From: Candidatus Omnitrophota bacterium
GTDB taxonomy: Bacteria > Omnitrophota > Gorgyraeia > Pluralincolimonadales > CAZUZR01
DNA length: 64,000 bases
Assembly (NCBI GenBank): GCA_043821025.1
Contig: JBDRDF010000032.1
Span: 11,261 to 75,260, forward strand
Direction of reading: 5' to 3'
Both the position numbers and the translations under genes were made by a program. Numbering within the stretch: the stretch's first letter is position 1; each line of letters opens with the position of its first letter. This document shows, in pieces, positions 1-9,120 of the stretch. The notes beneath the pieces are model-generated. The model saw nothing but the letters and a program-made list of their open reading frames with translations, did not search any database and was not told the DNA's origin.

Positions 1-628
1 AAGGTTAGCGATGGATTCTGCCGCGAGGTTCCTTTATCGCGAATATGGGCCTCTTTTACTTTATCCGGCTTTTTCAGAACCGAGTCAAAAAATAGGTTAT
101 ATCACCCGTTATGCACCCGGCGTAAGAGAAAACGGCGGTGTTTATACTCACGCCGCAACATGGGCGATTATGGCGGAGTGTATAAGAAAGAATCCAGAAA
201 AGGCATATGAGCTTTACTCCAAGATTTGCCCTATAAAAAGAGGAAACGAGCCTGATTTTTATAAAGCCGAGCCATACGTTACTCCGGGAAATACCGATGG
301 CATTGACTCGGCTAATTTTGGGATGGGTAGCTGGTCCTGGTATACTGGTTCGGCAGCTTGGTTGTACAGAGTTTCTACTAATTGGATTTTAGGGATCCGT
401 CCAACCCCGGAAGGACTTTTAATAGACCCCTGTATTCCAAAAGAATGGGATGGGTTTGAGATTACAAGGAAATTTAGAAAAGCAACTTATAAAATAATCG
501 TATCTAATAAAAGGCATGTATCCTATGGAGTGAAGGAAATAACCCTCGACGGTAGAAGATTGGATAGTAATCTAGTCCCAACCCCAAAGAACAACAGAAC
601 CCATCTTGTAAAAATCACTCTTGGTTGA
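1..628 (+). CDS. GH94-family glycoside phosphorylase (cellobiose/cellodextrin phosphorylase-like), C-terminal fragment; the 5' end lies outside the window
   Basis: The ORF is open to the window edge. The C-terminal region (KAEPYVTPGN...AWLYRVSTNWILG...LLIDPCIPKEW) aligns with the C-terminus of the 791-aa protein at 17221..19596 (KAEPYVWAEYVIGPGN...LLIDPCIPKHW). Confidence 0.6.
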   Translation, partial: RLAMDSAARFLYREYGPLLLYPAFSEPSQKIGYITRYAPGVRENGGVYTHAATWAIMAECIRKNPEKAYELYSKICPIKRGNEPDFYKAEPYVTPGNTDGIDSANFGMGSWSWYTGSAAWLYRVSTNWILGIRPTPEGLLIDPCIPKEWDGFEITRKFRKATYKIIVSNKRHVSYGVKEITLDGRRLDSNLVPTPKNNRTHLVKITLG

Positions 629-636
629 ATAATAAC

Positions 637-1767
637 ATGAAAAGAACAATTGCATTTATATTTTTATTTAACTTGTTACTTTTATTGGCGACCAGCGCTC
701 GCGCAGATACTATACATATGAAGAATAAACGTATTCTAACAGGCGTGATAAAAGAGGAAAGCGATACAGCCGTTGTCGTAGATATAGGTATAGGAAAAGT
801 CACAATTTTAAAGAGCGATATCGAATCTATCGAGAAGGCAGGCACTGAAGAACAGGAAGAATTGGTCACGGACTTCAAAAAAAGAGAGATTGAAAAAGGA
901 ACGTTCATACCTCCGGGCCTAGAAGATATAGCTAATAGGTACCAAGAATTGAAGCGCGATAAAAATAAGGTTGATGTCGAAAGGAGCCAATTCACTTCGT
1001 TAAAAAAAGAGTTCAACGAAAAGAAAGAGAAATTTAACTCCTTGCTGTCGACCTTTAACGCAAAGAATCAGGAGCTTAGAAATTTGGACCCGAACCGCGA
1101 TGTTAAGTACTACAATAAGGTGGTAAGCGACGTAAATTCCCTGAACGCAAAGCTCGCTTTGCTGTCCGATGATCTTTTGAAGTTGAACGACAAATATCCT
1201 CTCTACAGTCAGGCGGTACAGAAAACCATAATAAAATATAAAGACAGTTTGGTGAGTTTCAAGATATATTTTGAGAAAGAGTCAAAAGCCGCTAAAGGAA
1301 AGGAACTTACAGGGGACGAAGTTTGCTTTTATGATACGATTGGCGAGGCGACTGCGAATCTAGAAAAGAGTCTAAGAAAAGATTCTATAGCCCTTGTTAA
1401 ATCTTCCGGAAACCTTGTAGTGGAAGTCAAGCTGAACGATACAGTAATGTGCCTAATGGCAGTAGATACTGGAGCAAGCCTAGTTACTATTTCGAGAAGC
1501 ATTGCCAGTCAGCTTGAGATAGATTTTGGCGGCGAACGAAACGAAATAGAGATGTTGCTTGCTGATGGAAGCAAAGCAAAAGCCAGAATGGTTAACTTAA
1601 AGAGCGTAGCGGTTGGCAATTCAAGAGCGGAGGACATATTAGCCGCGGTAATGGATAGGGCGCCTGGACCCGGAATCGACGGGCTTCTCGGAATGTCTTT
1701 TTTGGATAATTTCAGCGTAAAGATAGATTCTGTTAACAATGCCCTCATCTTAGAGACCATCGAATAA
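637..1767 (+). CDS. Secreted coiled-coil protein with a C-terminal retropepsin-like (clan AA) aspartic protease domain
   Basis: It has a signal peptide (MKRTIAFIFLFNLLLLLATSARA) and a long K/E-rich coiled-coil region. The C-terminus carries a DTGAS active-site motif (MAVDTGASLVTIS) and ends in GLLGMSFL. An ATG lies 9 nt after the upstream stop. Confidence 0.5.
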   Translation: MKRTIAFIFLFNLLLLLATSARADTIHMKNKRILTGVIKEESDTAVVVDIGIGKVTILKSDIESIEKAGTEEQEELVTDFKKREIEKGTFIPPGLEDIANRYQELKRDKNKVDVERSQFTSLKKEFNEKKEKFNSLLSTFNAKNQELRNLDPNRDVKYYNKVVSDVNSLNAKLALLSDDLLKLNDKYPLYSQAVQKTIIKYKDSLVSFKIYFEKESKAAKGKELTGDEVCFYDTIGEATANLEKSLRKDSIALVKSSGNLVVEVKLNDTVMCLMAVDTGASLVTISRSIASQLEIDFGGERNEIEMLLADGSKAKARMVNLKSVAVGNSRAEDILAAVMDRAPGPGIDGLLGMSFLDNFSVKIDSVNNALILETIE

Positions 1768-1848
1768 CGAGGGCTTATTTTTTGACTTGAAAACTTAAAT
1801 GGATCGGAGTAAAATAACTGCAAGACTAGGAAGGAGGGGATGGGTACT

Positions 1849-2433
1849 ATGATGAAAATTCTAATGTCAATAACTTTAGTGACAACATTTATCTTGTTAT
1901 TTATCACAACCGCTTTAGCAGCGACTTTAGTCGTAGCCGACTTCGACTTAGGAGATAAGCCCAACAATATAGGAGGCGACTTCGGCGCTTGGAATAAGGA
2001 CGAGTCCGATGACAGCCAAGGATGCAAAAATTCCTTCAACTCCGATATAAAGCACAGCACAAGGGGTTACTCAGTCCAACTCGACTACGACGTTGATTCC
2101 CCACGTCCCGCCTACAACGGCTTTTGGATGGAGCTCGAAGGTCAGAATATCTCTAAGTTCGACAAATTATCTTTATGGATAAAAGGAGATGATGTATCCG
2201 GTTTCTCCAAGAAGATAAAGTTGGAACTGAAAAACACCAAAGGCGAGGTCGGAAAGTATACCATAACCAACCTAACCAAGGACTGGCAACAGGTAAATAT
2301 CCCCCTTAAGGAATTCAAGGGCCTAAACGACCTTAAATCCATGACCGAATTCGTCATCGTCTTCGATGACATCACCTGTGCAGCCAAGAAGACGGGGACG
2401 ATATACATAGACGATATAGCGTTTGTGAAGTAA
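1849..2433 (+). CDS. Secreted CBM11/CIA30-like beta-sandwich domain protein (paralog family member)
   Basis: An SD sequence (AGGAGGGG) precedes the ATG, and a signal peptide is present. It carries the shared family signature (FWMELEG...LSLWIKGDD...KLELKNTKGE...DWQQVNIPLKEF...TGTIYIDDIAFVK). Confidence 0.5.
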   Translation: MMKILMSITLVTTFILLFITTALAATLVVADFDLGDKPNNIGGDFGAWNKDESDDSQGCKNSFNSDIKHSTRGYSVQLDYDVDSPRPAYNGFWMELEGQNISKFDKLSLWIKGDDVSGFSKKIKLELKNTKGEVGKYTITNLTKDWQQVNIPLKEFKGLNDLKSMTEFVIVFDDITCAAKKTGTIYIDDIAFVK

Positions 2434-2470
2434 CTTTTAGTTTTATAAGTTAGGTTTAAAGAGGGATAAA

Positions 2471-3187
2471 TTGAGAAGAAAGAAATATCGTATCATTTTT
2501 CTTTCTATTTTTATCCCTTTTTTGTTTTTGGGGATGAATAAAATTTTCGCAATTTCTAAAGGAGGAGAAAAGATGTTAGAAGGAATCGAATGGTTAGGCC
2601 ATGCGACGTTTAAATTGGCCAAGGGTGGCAAGGCAGTTTATATCGATCCGTGGAAGATAAGGTCGAAAGATACTGCCGATGTAATCTGTATCACCCATTC
2701 ACATTACGACCACCTGTCAGTTGAAGATATAAAGAAACTACAAGGAAAGGATACAGTTATAGTTGCCACCGCCGATTCAGCGAAGACGATCCCAGGAAAC
2801 GTAAAAATTGTAAAGCCCGGCGACAAGGTCGAGGTAAATGACATAAAAGTCGAGGCGGTTGCGGCGTATAATGTAAATAAACAATTTCACCCGAAGGCGA
2901 ATGGTTGGGTTGGGTATATAATAACGCTTCCGGACGGCACAAGATTTTATCATGCTGGCGATACAGATTACATTCCTGAAATGAAAGATGTAAAGACCGA
3001 TATCGCCGTATTTCCAGTTGGCGGGACTTATACTATGGATGCGCAAGAAGCCGCAAAAGCAGCCAATGCGATACGGCCGAAGTTAGCGATATCTATGCAT
3101 TGGGGAACGATAGTAGGAAGCGAAAGAGACGCCGAAACTTTTAAGAAAAACTGCCAAGTTGAGGTTGTGATTTTGGAACAGAGATAG
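2471..3187 (+). CDS. MBL-fold metallo-hydrolase (UlaG/beta-lactamase-fold family)
   Basis: It has the HxHxDH motif (ITHSHYDHL). An alternative start (ATG 2575) preceded by AAAGGAGGAG would give a 204-aa cytoplasmic form. The longer form would carry a signal peptide. Confidence 0.65.
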   Translation: MRRKKYRIIFLSIFIPFLFLGMNKIFAISKGGEKMLEGIEWLGHATFKLAKGGKAVYIDPWKIRSKDTADVICITHSHYDHLSVEDIKKLQGKDTVIVATADSAKTIPGNVKIVKPGDKVEVNDIKVEAVAAYNVNKQFHPKANGWVGYIITLPDGTRFYHAGDTDYIPEMKDVKTDIAVFPVGGTYTMDAQEAAKAANAIRPKLAISMHWGTIVGSERDAETFKKNCQVEVVILEQR

Positions 3188-3191
3188 GGCT

Positions 3192-3893
3192 ATGCCTAAA
3201 GAAAATATACACGAGGATAATATAGAAGAAAAAGCCAAATTAGAGGCAAGGGTTCGCCGTGAGGTGATGAACCTTTTTATTGAAGAAGCCAAATTAGAGG
3301 CAAGGGCGAAGGAGCAAAAGCAAAGGTTGCTTGAAGAGAAAGAGGAAAAATTAAAAAATAAGACGGCAAAATCAGAGGTCGCTTCTAAAAAAGAAGCGCA
3401 GATCATTAAGATCTCCCCAAAAGAAGAACAACTCGAATTGGATTTAGAAGCGCTTAAGGCTAAAGCGAAAATAGACGACAGGATAAAACGCGAAAAGCGA
3501 AAGGGAAAGAGGATAATTCAAGGGGCCTTCGTTTTGTGCGCTATAATTATTTTGACAACGATAGCGATTTTGAATTCCCCGAAGGAAGTGACTGCGCAAT
3601 ACGACTTAGTTAAAATAAAAGAGTGTCTGCAAAGATCGTCTTCCTATTACGGTCAATTTAAAGTTGAAGATGTAATATTATCTGGCGAGAATCCATCCGC
3701 GACTTTAAGCTTAGGATTTTCTCCAACGACAGAAAGCGATTTAAAAGATTTTGTCGAATCGCTAGTAAAAAGATATACCATGGCCCGTCCCGGAGAGAAG
3801 ATTGACCTTCTTTTAAAAAGAGACCAAAGGGTCTATGCAAAGGCAAGTTATATCCCCCGCACAAATACAATAGATATAGAACTTATGAAATAA
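3192..3893 (+). CDS. Hypothetical coiled-coil membrane protein
   Basis: It has an N-terminal K/E-rich coiled-coil that includes an internal DNA direct repeat (about 3232-3305). It has one TM helix (AFVLCAIIILTTIAIL) and a C-terminal globular part. Confidence 0.35.
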   Translation: MPKENIHEDNIEEKAKLEARVRREVMNLFIEEAKLEARAKEQKQRLLEEKEEKLKNKTAKSEVASKKEAQIIKISPKEEQLELDLEALKAKAKIDDRIKREKRKGKRIIQGAFVLCAIIILTTIAILNSPKEVTAQYDLVKIKECLQRSSSYYGQFKVEDVILSGENPSATLSLGFSPTTESDLKDFVESLVKRYTMARPGEKIDLLLKRDQRVYAKASYIPRTNTIDIELMK

Positions 3894-4936
3894 TGCCGCT
3901 CCTTATCGGATTAGTTTTCGATTTAAAGCCCGTAGTTAAATCGATTAAAAAGCCAAATGATTTCTTAGCGGAGTTCGATACCGAAGAGACGATATCCTCT
4001 ATAGAAAATGCTTTGGCTAGATGCGGTAGTAGCGTCCTTAAGATCGGCTCGGCTAAAAGTCTTCTTGAGGTACTGCCCCGACTTCAATGCGATATCATCT
4101 TCAATATAGCTGAAGGCGAAGATGGTAGGAATCGAGAGTCGCAGGTCCCCGCGATTTTAGAAGTGGTGGATATTCCATACGTCGGCTCGGATGCGTTAAC
4201 ATTGGCAATTTCGCTAGATAAGGTATTTGCTAAAAGGATATTCGCTTATCATAACATCCCCACCCCTCGTTACTTTGAATGCAAGGACGAACGTAATATA
4301 GTCGTGTCAAAAGGATTAAATTTCCCCCTCATCGTAAAACCGAGATATGAAGGTTCTGCAAAGGGAATTACGCCCGATTCTAAAGTTAGCAGTGATAGGG
4401 AGCTTAAAAGACAGGTCAAGCGTATCATTAAAATCTACGATCAACCTGCACTTGTTGAGGAGTTCATTAGCGACAGGGAATTTACCGTTGGGATAATCGG
4501 AAATGAAAATCCTTTGATCTTTCCAGTTGTGCAAAGGCATTTAGAAGCAAAGACAAATTTAAGCAGTCATATTTTTGAGAAGTGCGGATACGATAAGAGC
4601 CGTTTAAAGTATCAAGAGCTGTCCGAGATAGAATCGGATTTGGAGTTAGAGATTAAACGCTTGAGCCTTGAAGCATTCCGCGCCATTGAATGTAGGGATT
4701 TTGCAAGAGTCGATTTTCGGGTGGGCAGTTGTGCTTCGACGCAAGGAAATGAAAAAATTTATGTTTTAGAAATAAACCCTTTGCCATCTCTTGCAACGGA
4801 CGATTATTTCGCTTTATCTGCCGAATCCTTTGGCATGTCCTATGATGAGATGATAAATATGATTTTGGAGGCCGCCGTTAAGAGGTACGAATGTCTACAA
4901 AAGACGTATACTCATATCCAGAATATTGCGAGATAG
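3893..4936 (+). CDS. ATP-grasp ligase of the D-alanine--D-alanine ligase family
   Basis: The sequence resembles Ddl (GEDGRNRESQVPAILEVVDIPYVGSDALTLAISLDKVFAKRIF, LIVKP...GSAKGI, EEFISDREFTVGIIGN). Confidence 0.55.
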   Translation: MPLLIGLVFDLKPVVKSIKKPNDFLAEFDTEETISSIENALARCGSSVLKIGSAKSLLEVLPRLQCDIIFNIAEGEDGRNRESQVPAILEVVDIPYVGSDALTLAISLDKVFAKRIFAYHNIPTPRYFECKDERNIVVSKGLNFPLIVKPRYEGSAKGITPDSKVSSDRELKRQVKRIIKIYDQPALVEEFISDREFTVGIIGNENPLIFPVVQRHLEAKTNLSSHIFEKCGYDKSRLKYQELSEIESDLELEIKRLSLEAFRAIECRDFARVDFRVGSCASTQGNEKIYVLEINPLPSLATDDYFALSAESFGMSYDEMINMILEAAVKRYECLQKTYTHIQNIAR

Positions 4937-5679
4937 CGTATAACTGGGATAGGACCCCTGAATGCGATTTCATCGAGGAGTGCATCAGGCGATATTCATC
5001 AATTAGTGTCAATTCAATTCTGGACATCGCTTGTGGGACAGGCATCATCTTAAGGGAATTTGCAAGGCGAGGGTATAAAGCACTGGGTTTGGATAAATCC
5101 AGGGAGATGGTCGAATTCGTTAATAGAAAAGCAACGCTCGAAGGGCTCGACTTAAAATGCGTCCATTCGGATATGAGGAGTTTTCAGCTAGGCGATAAGT
5201 ACGGTTGTGTGATTTGCATGCTCGATTCATTTAGATATCTGTTGACCGACGATGATATATTATCACATTTTAGGTCGGTCGCCAAAGAGTTGAAAGTAGG
5301 CGGCCTTTATATATTAGATTTCTGGATGCCTAAAGATGAAAATGTAATTGAATGGGAAGAGGCACGTTGGGTTCAGCAAGATAAAGATATATCGATAGAT
5401 GCTACATATCGGCAGCTCGCCCATACGTTCAGTCCGAAAGATAAGATATTCAAGGATGAATTAATTTTTAGGATAAGGAGTCCAAAATTCAATTCCACGA
5501 TAAACGGGCGCACAAAGACAAGGCTTTTGTTTCTTAGCGAACTTAAGGAACTCGTCAGAAAATCGGAGCTTTTTAATTATATCGATAGATTTTATAATTT
5601 TGACTTTGACTTAAAAGAAGGTTATAATATTAAACCGATAAGGACGAACATAATATTGAGGAGAAAGGGGGAAGATTAA
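4891..5679 (+). CDS. Class I SAM-dependent methyltransferase
   Basis: It has the SAM motif (ILDIACGTGI) and an acidic loop (VICMLDSF). It overlaps the upstream ATP-grasp gene. Confidence 0.55.
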   Translation: MSTKDVYSYPEYCEIAYNWDRTPECDFIEECIRRYSSISVNSILDIACGTGIILREFARRGYKALGLDKSREMVEFVNRKATLEGLDLKCVHSDMRSFQLGDKYGCVICMLDSFRYLLTDDDILSHFRSVAKELKVGGLYILDFWMPKDENVIEWEEARWVQQDKDISIDATYRQLAHTFSPKDKIFKDELIFRIRSPKFNSTINGRTKTRLLFLSELKELVRKSELFNYIDRFYNFDFDLKEGYNIKPIRTNIILRRKGED

Positions 5680-5683
5680 AAAG

Positions 5684-6031
5684 ATGCGAACGAATATTTT
5701 AAAATACGGAGTAATTTCATACTTGTTCGCCATTTTAATTTATATCGTTGGTTGTGCTGGGATACAACCGCCTCCCCTTAAGGAAGTTTTAAAACATCCG
5801 TTTGGGACAACGGATTTAAGGATCGGGATGCCGAAGGACCAAATTTTGGCGGCTTGGGGTGAACCCGATGTTAAGGAATATGACGAGGCGGGTAAATGGG
5901 GCGTAGCGAAGGAGAAGTGGACGTATTACGGAAGGTATAAAAATTTGCCTGCCGACATGGGCTATCTCTCAAAGGCGAAATATCTCTATTTCGATGGAAA
6001 TATATTGGTTAAATTTGAAGGGGAAGAATAA
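5684..6031 (+). CDS. Small lipoprotein, function unknown
   Basis: It has a lipobox-type signal peptide (...ILIYIVGCAG). Confidence 0.4.
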   Translation: MRTNILKYGVISYLFAILIYIVGCAGIQPPPLKEVLKHPFGTTDLRIGMPKDQILAAWGEPDVKEYDEAGKWGVAKEKWTYYGRYKNLPADMGYLSKAKYLYFDGNILVKFEGEE

Positions 6032-6036
6032 AAATT

Positions 6037-6213
6037 ATGCTAACCGCATTTAATTGTTGCGTTCAATGCCAAAATTTTTTGGCCTGTAACACACGCACAG
6101 AGAATTACGAGAAAGAGTTATCGAGCGCCTGCTGTAATTCTTGTAGTAAATTAGACATATGCAAGATAGTCACCGAGAAGATAAAAACGGATACGAAAGG
6201 CATTATTCAGTAA
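6037..6213 (+). CDS. Unannotated 58-aa Cys-rich peptide with tandem CCxxCx5C motifs (speculative)
   Basis: Manual translation from an ATG 5 nt after the lipoprotein stop gives MLTAFNCCVQCQNFLACNTRTENYEKELSSACCNSCSKLDICKIVTEKIKTDTKGIIQ. It is below the 60-aa cutoff of the ORF track. Its 3' end overlaps the convergent pmbA-like gene by about 11 nt. Confidence 0.25.
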   Translation: MLTAFNCCVQCQNFLACNTRTENYEKELSSACCNSCSKLDICKIVTEKIKTDTKGIIQ

Positions 6214-7552
6214 TCCCTGTGAATGCGAAATCTTTTATCAAAAGTGCGGGCACGTATGATGTTTCCATCTGCTGAGTTGGGTCGCCTACCAATTTCCTTT
6301 CCTTTGAAACGCTTCTGATATTCGAAAACGCTCTTAAAATACTCTCCGTGAACCTTAAATTTTTTAAAGGTTTCTTAATTTTTCCGTCCTCGATTAGAAA
6401 TGTGCCATCACGGGTCAGCCCCGTCATCAATGCTTCCGTTGGTTTAAGCAGGCCGTTTATATAATGAAATCTTGTAATAGATATCCCTCTTTTGATAGAC
6501 CTTCGCATATCTTCTATCGATGAATTTCCCGCCCCCATTATTAAATTAAAGGGAAGGGGACCTTCCACCTCATCTGGTAAAAGCGCATGTCCAGTCGAAC
6601 CCTTTTTGTATAGGGTGCCATAATGGCTATCGTAGACAACTCCTTTTGCTGCGCCCTGTTCTATAAGCATTACCTTCTTCTTCGGCGTTCCTTCAAAATC
6701 AAACGGATATATAATGGTTTGAGGATTTAATCCTTCGTCGGATATCGTTACCTCATCAGACATTATCTTCTCATCCATCCTCCCCGATAAGAACGAGGTC
6801 TTCTCATAAAGTTGCTTTGCTCCAAAACCGATATACCCAAGCCATTGCAGGATATCTCCCACTGCCTCGGGTTCTAAGAGGCAGTCGTATCGTCCTAATT
6901 TTATCGGTTGTGGATTTTTTCCGTCCATGCATTTTTTAATCGCCTCGTCGAGAATATTCTGCCAATCTATTTTAGATATGTCCCTCGATATAGCGCTACA
7001 AAATCCCGATGCCCTTCCATCCATCGCAATCAGTTTGAGCGCAGATATGGTTGAAGCTTGATATTTTGCATCTTTATATGAATTTACGACAGCGATTTCC
7101 TCTTCGCCGGTTATAAAAGAACCAGCAAGTTGCAACCCATATTTTTTTGTGGCGGTAAAAATACATGTTAAATTACGTATTCTTTGTTCAAATGAAAAAC
7201 CTATAGTATCTGGAAAAAAGGTCACGACCGAAGGGGTTGCCTCACCAGATGGAAATTTAAATTTGACCTTAGGTTTAGGAGAGACCTTTGCGATTTGAAT
7301 CGCTTTTTTTAATGCCTCTTTTAAATCTTCGGGTTTAAGCGAATTTGTAGATGATACCCCTATCCTCCCGTTTATGTCGATTTTGAAATATATATCTATA
7401 TCCGATTCCTCTATGTCTTGATGTATTCTAAAATTGTGGAATCTGGTGACTCTATCCAAGGTGGCATAACAGCAAATTAGCGTCTGGTCTGCTTTCGACC
7501 ATTTAAGTGCCTGGTTTAATGAATCAAGTAATCTTTCCTTGCCGATCATCAT
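6203..7552 (-). CDS. pmbA: TldD/PmbA family metallopeptidase (PmbA-like, peptidase U62)
   Basis: The length and sequence are typical of PmbA. It overlaps the upstream tldD-like gene by 4 nt. Confidence 0.7.
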   Translation of the reverse strand: MMIGKERLLDSLNQALKWSKADQTLICCYATLDRVTRFHNFRIHQDIEESDIDIYFKIDINGRIGVSSTNSLKPEDLKEALKKAIQIAKVSPKPKVKFKFPSGEATPSVVTFFPDTIGFSFEQRIRNLTCIFTATKKYGLQLAGSFITGEEEIAVVNSYKDAKYQASTISALKLIAMDGRASGFCSAISRDISKIDWQNILDEAIKKCMDGKNPQPIKLGRYDCLLEPEAVGDILQWLGYIGFGAKQLYEKTSFLSGRMDEKIMSDEVTISDEGLNPQTIIYPFDFEGTPKKKVMLIEQGAAKGVVYDSHYGTLYKKGSTGHALLPDEVEGPLPFNLIMGAGNSSIEDMRRSIKRGISITRFHYINGLLKPTEALMTGLTRDGTFLIEDGKIKKPLKNLRFTESILRAFSNIRSVSKERKLVGDPTQQMETSYVPALLIKDFAFTGITE

Positions 7553-8988
7553 TTTTTTCTGCCGACTTGTACCTTTTCAAATTTGGCGGGCGAGACGCCG
7601 TGTCCGACGTGCATAGTCTGCCCTGGTTCTCCTTTGCCGCAATTCGGAACGCCATGCAATTTCCAATATTGCGAATTTGCGATCCCGCTACAACTTGCCC
7701 AAAACTTAGGCGTTATGCCCGTATAGCAAGGATTTTTTAGGACCTGGCCAATTTTGCCGTTTTTGATCTCCCAAGCGATTTCGGTGCCGAACTGAAAATT
7801 AAGACGTAAATCGTCAATCGACCAACTTTTATTGGTCGAAAGTAATATTCCATCTTTTGTATCCGAGACTAACTCTTCCAGCGTTGCATCACCCGGTTCC
7901 AAATTGATATTCGTCATCCTAATCAGAGGCAGGGCGCTGTAACTAGCAGCCCTCATCGCGCCAGTAGATTTCGTTCCTAATCTGTATGCGGTTTCCCTAG
8001 AACTTAAATATCCGATGAACAAACCATCTTTTATAATCGGAACTTTTTGCGCAGGCACACCTTCGTCGTCAAAGCCGAAACTTCCCACACCGCCTTCACA
8101 AGTGGCATCAGCGGTTATATTGACCAATTTTGAACCGTATCTAAATTTTCCTAATTTTTCCGGCGTTAAGAAACTTGCGCCGGCAAAACTTACTTCATCG
8201 CCAAACGCCCTATCCAATTCGACGGGATGTCCGCAGGATTCGTGAATTTGGAGAGCGAGTTGAGATGTGTCCAAAATCACCGTTGTGATCTTTACGGGGC
8301 ATTCCTTCGCTCGCAGTAGGCTTATTACCTCATTTTTTACTTTTTCCGCGCCTCCAACTAAATCGAGTTGTTTTGCATATTCATATCCTCTTTGCGCGAT
8401 GTTGCTATGTGGAAGCGGATAGGACCTGCGTTGGACCTCACCATCTAATACAGCGATTGCTTCGACATAACCGCCGCTTTCTATAAATTCCTGCTCTAAC
8501 TCAGAACCTTCTGTTGATACGAAAAATTTATATGTCCTAAAGAAGTCGAGCGATGCTAAAGCCGTCTTTATATTCGGATGGGATTTTAAAACTTGGCATG
8601 CCCACATTATGTAATCCAATTTTTTCTGCATAGGGACTTCAAGGGGGTCTATTTCGTATTTAGATTTGAAAGAGGATTTAATCGGTTCATTTCCCGCCAA
8701 ATATACCCTGCTTTTATTAATAGAAGCGGTTGCCCCGGCGATGGCGATTGCACGTTCGGCGGTCCTTTTTACGTTCTCTTTTGAAATCTCCGCGCACGAC
8801 GAGAAGCCCCAACTGCCCCATTTTAAGACACGGACGGAGAATCCTTCGTCGGTCATAGTGGATATATTTTCGACTTGCAGATTTTTGACGATTAAGGATT
8901 CGTGGGTATGTCTTACAAGACGGACGTCGGCGTAATCAACGCCTTTCCGCTTTAAGTATTTTATGCCGTCTTTTAATATCTCTTTCAT
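7549..8988 (-). CDS. tldD: TldD family metallopeptidase
   Basis: It has the HExxxH-type motif (IHESCGHPVELD), a glycine-rich C-terminus and a TldD-like N-terminus. Confidence 0.75.
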   Translation of the reverse strand: MKEILKDGIKYLKRKGVDYADVRLVRHTHESLIVKNLQVENISTMTDEGFSVRVLKWGSWGFSSCAEISKENVKRTAERAIAIAGATASINKSRVYLAGNEPIKSSFKSKYEIDPLEVPMQKKLDYIMWACQVLKSHPNIKTALASLDFFRTYKFFVSTEGSELEQEFIESGGYVEAIAVLDGEVQRRSYPLPHSNIAQRGYEYAKQLDLVGGAEKVKNEVISLLRAKECPVKITTVILDTSQLALQIHESCGHPVELDRAFGDEVSFAGASFLTPEKLGKFRYGSKLVNITADATCEGGVGSFGFDDEGVPAQKVPIIKDGLFIGYLSSRETAYRLGTKSTGAMRAASYSALPLIRMTNINLEPGDATLEELVSDTKDGILLSTNKSWSIDDLRLNFQFGTEIAWEIKNGKIGQVLKNPCYTGITPKFWASCSGIANSQYWKLHGVPNCGKGEPGQTMHVGHGVSPAKFEKVQVGRKK

Positions 8989-9120
8989 AGTTAGTGCGAA
9001 TTCGCTTCGAGTTAAATATTATATCATCAATTTTACGTTTTGCAAATTTTATAGTCCGACGTAACTTAAGTAGAACGTTCGCTTTACTTGAAATATTTTA
9101 TCTGGTATAATTTGCGTAAA

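Noticed and set aside
1509-2060. 183-aa minus-strand ORF spanning the end of the aspartic-protease gene and the start of the CBM-like gene
   Set aside because: It overlaps two plus-strand genes and an intergenic promoter region. The translation is low-complexity, so it is a shadow ORF.
3232-3305. Direct DNA repeat of about 25 bp (GAAGAA[AAA]GCCAAATTAGAGGCAAGGG) spaced 55 bp apart
   Set aside because: It lies within a coding coiled-coil repeat (EEKAKLEAR / EEAKLEAR). It reflects internal protein repetition, not a mobile or regulatory element.
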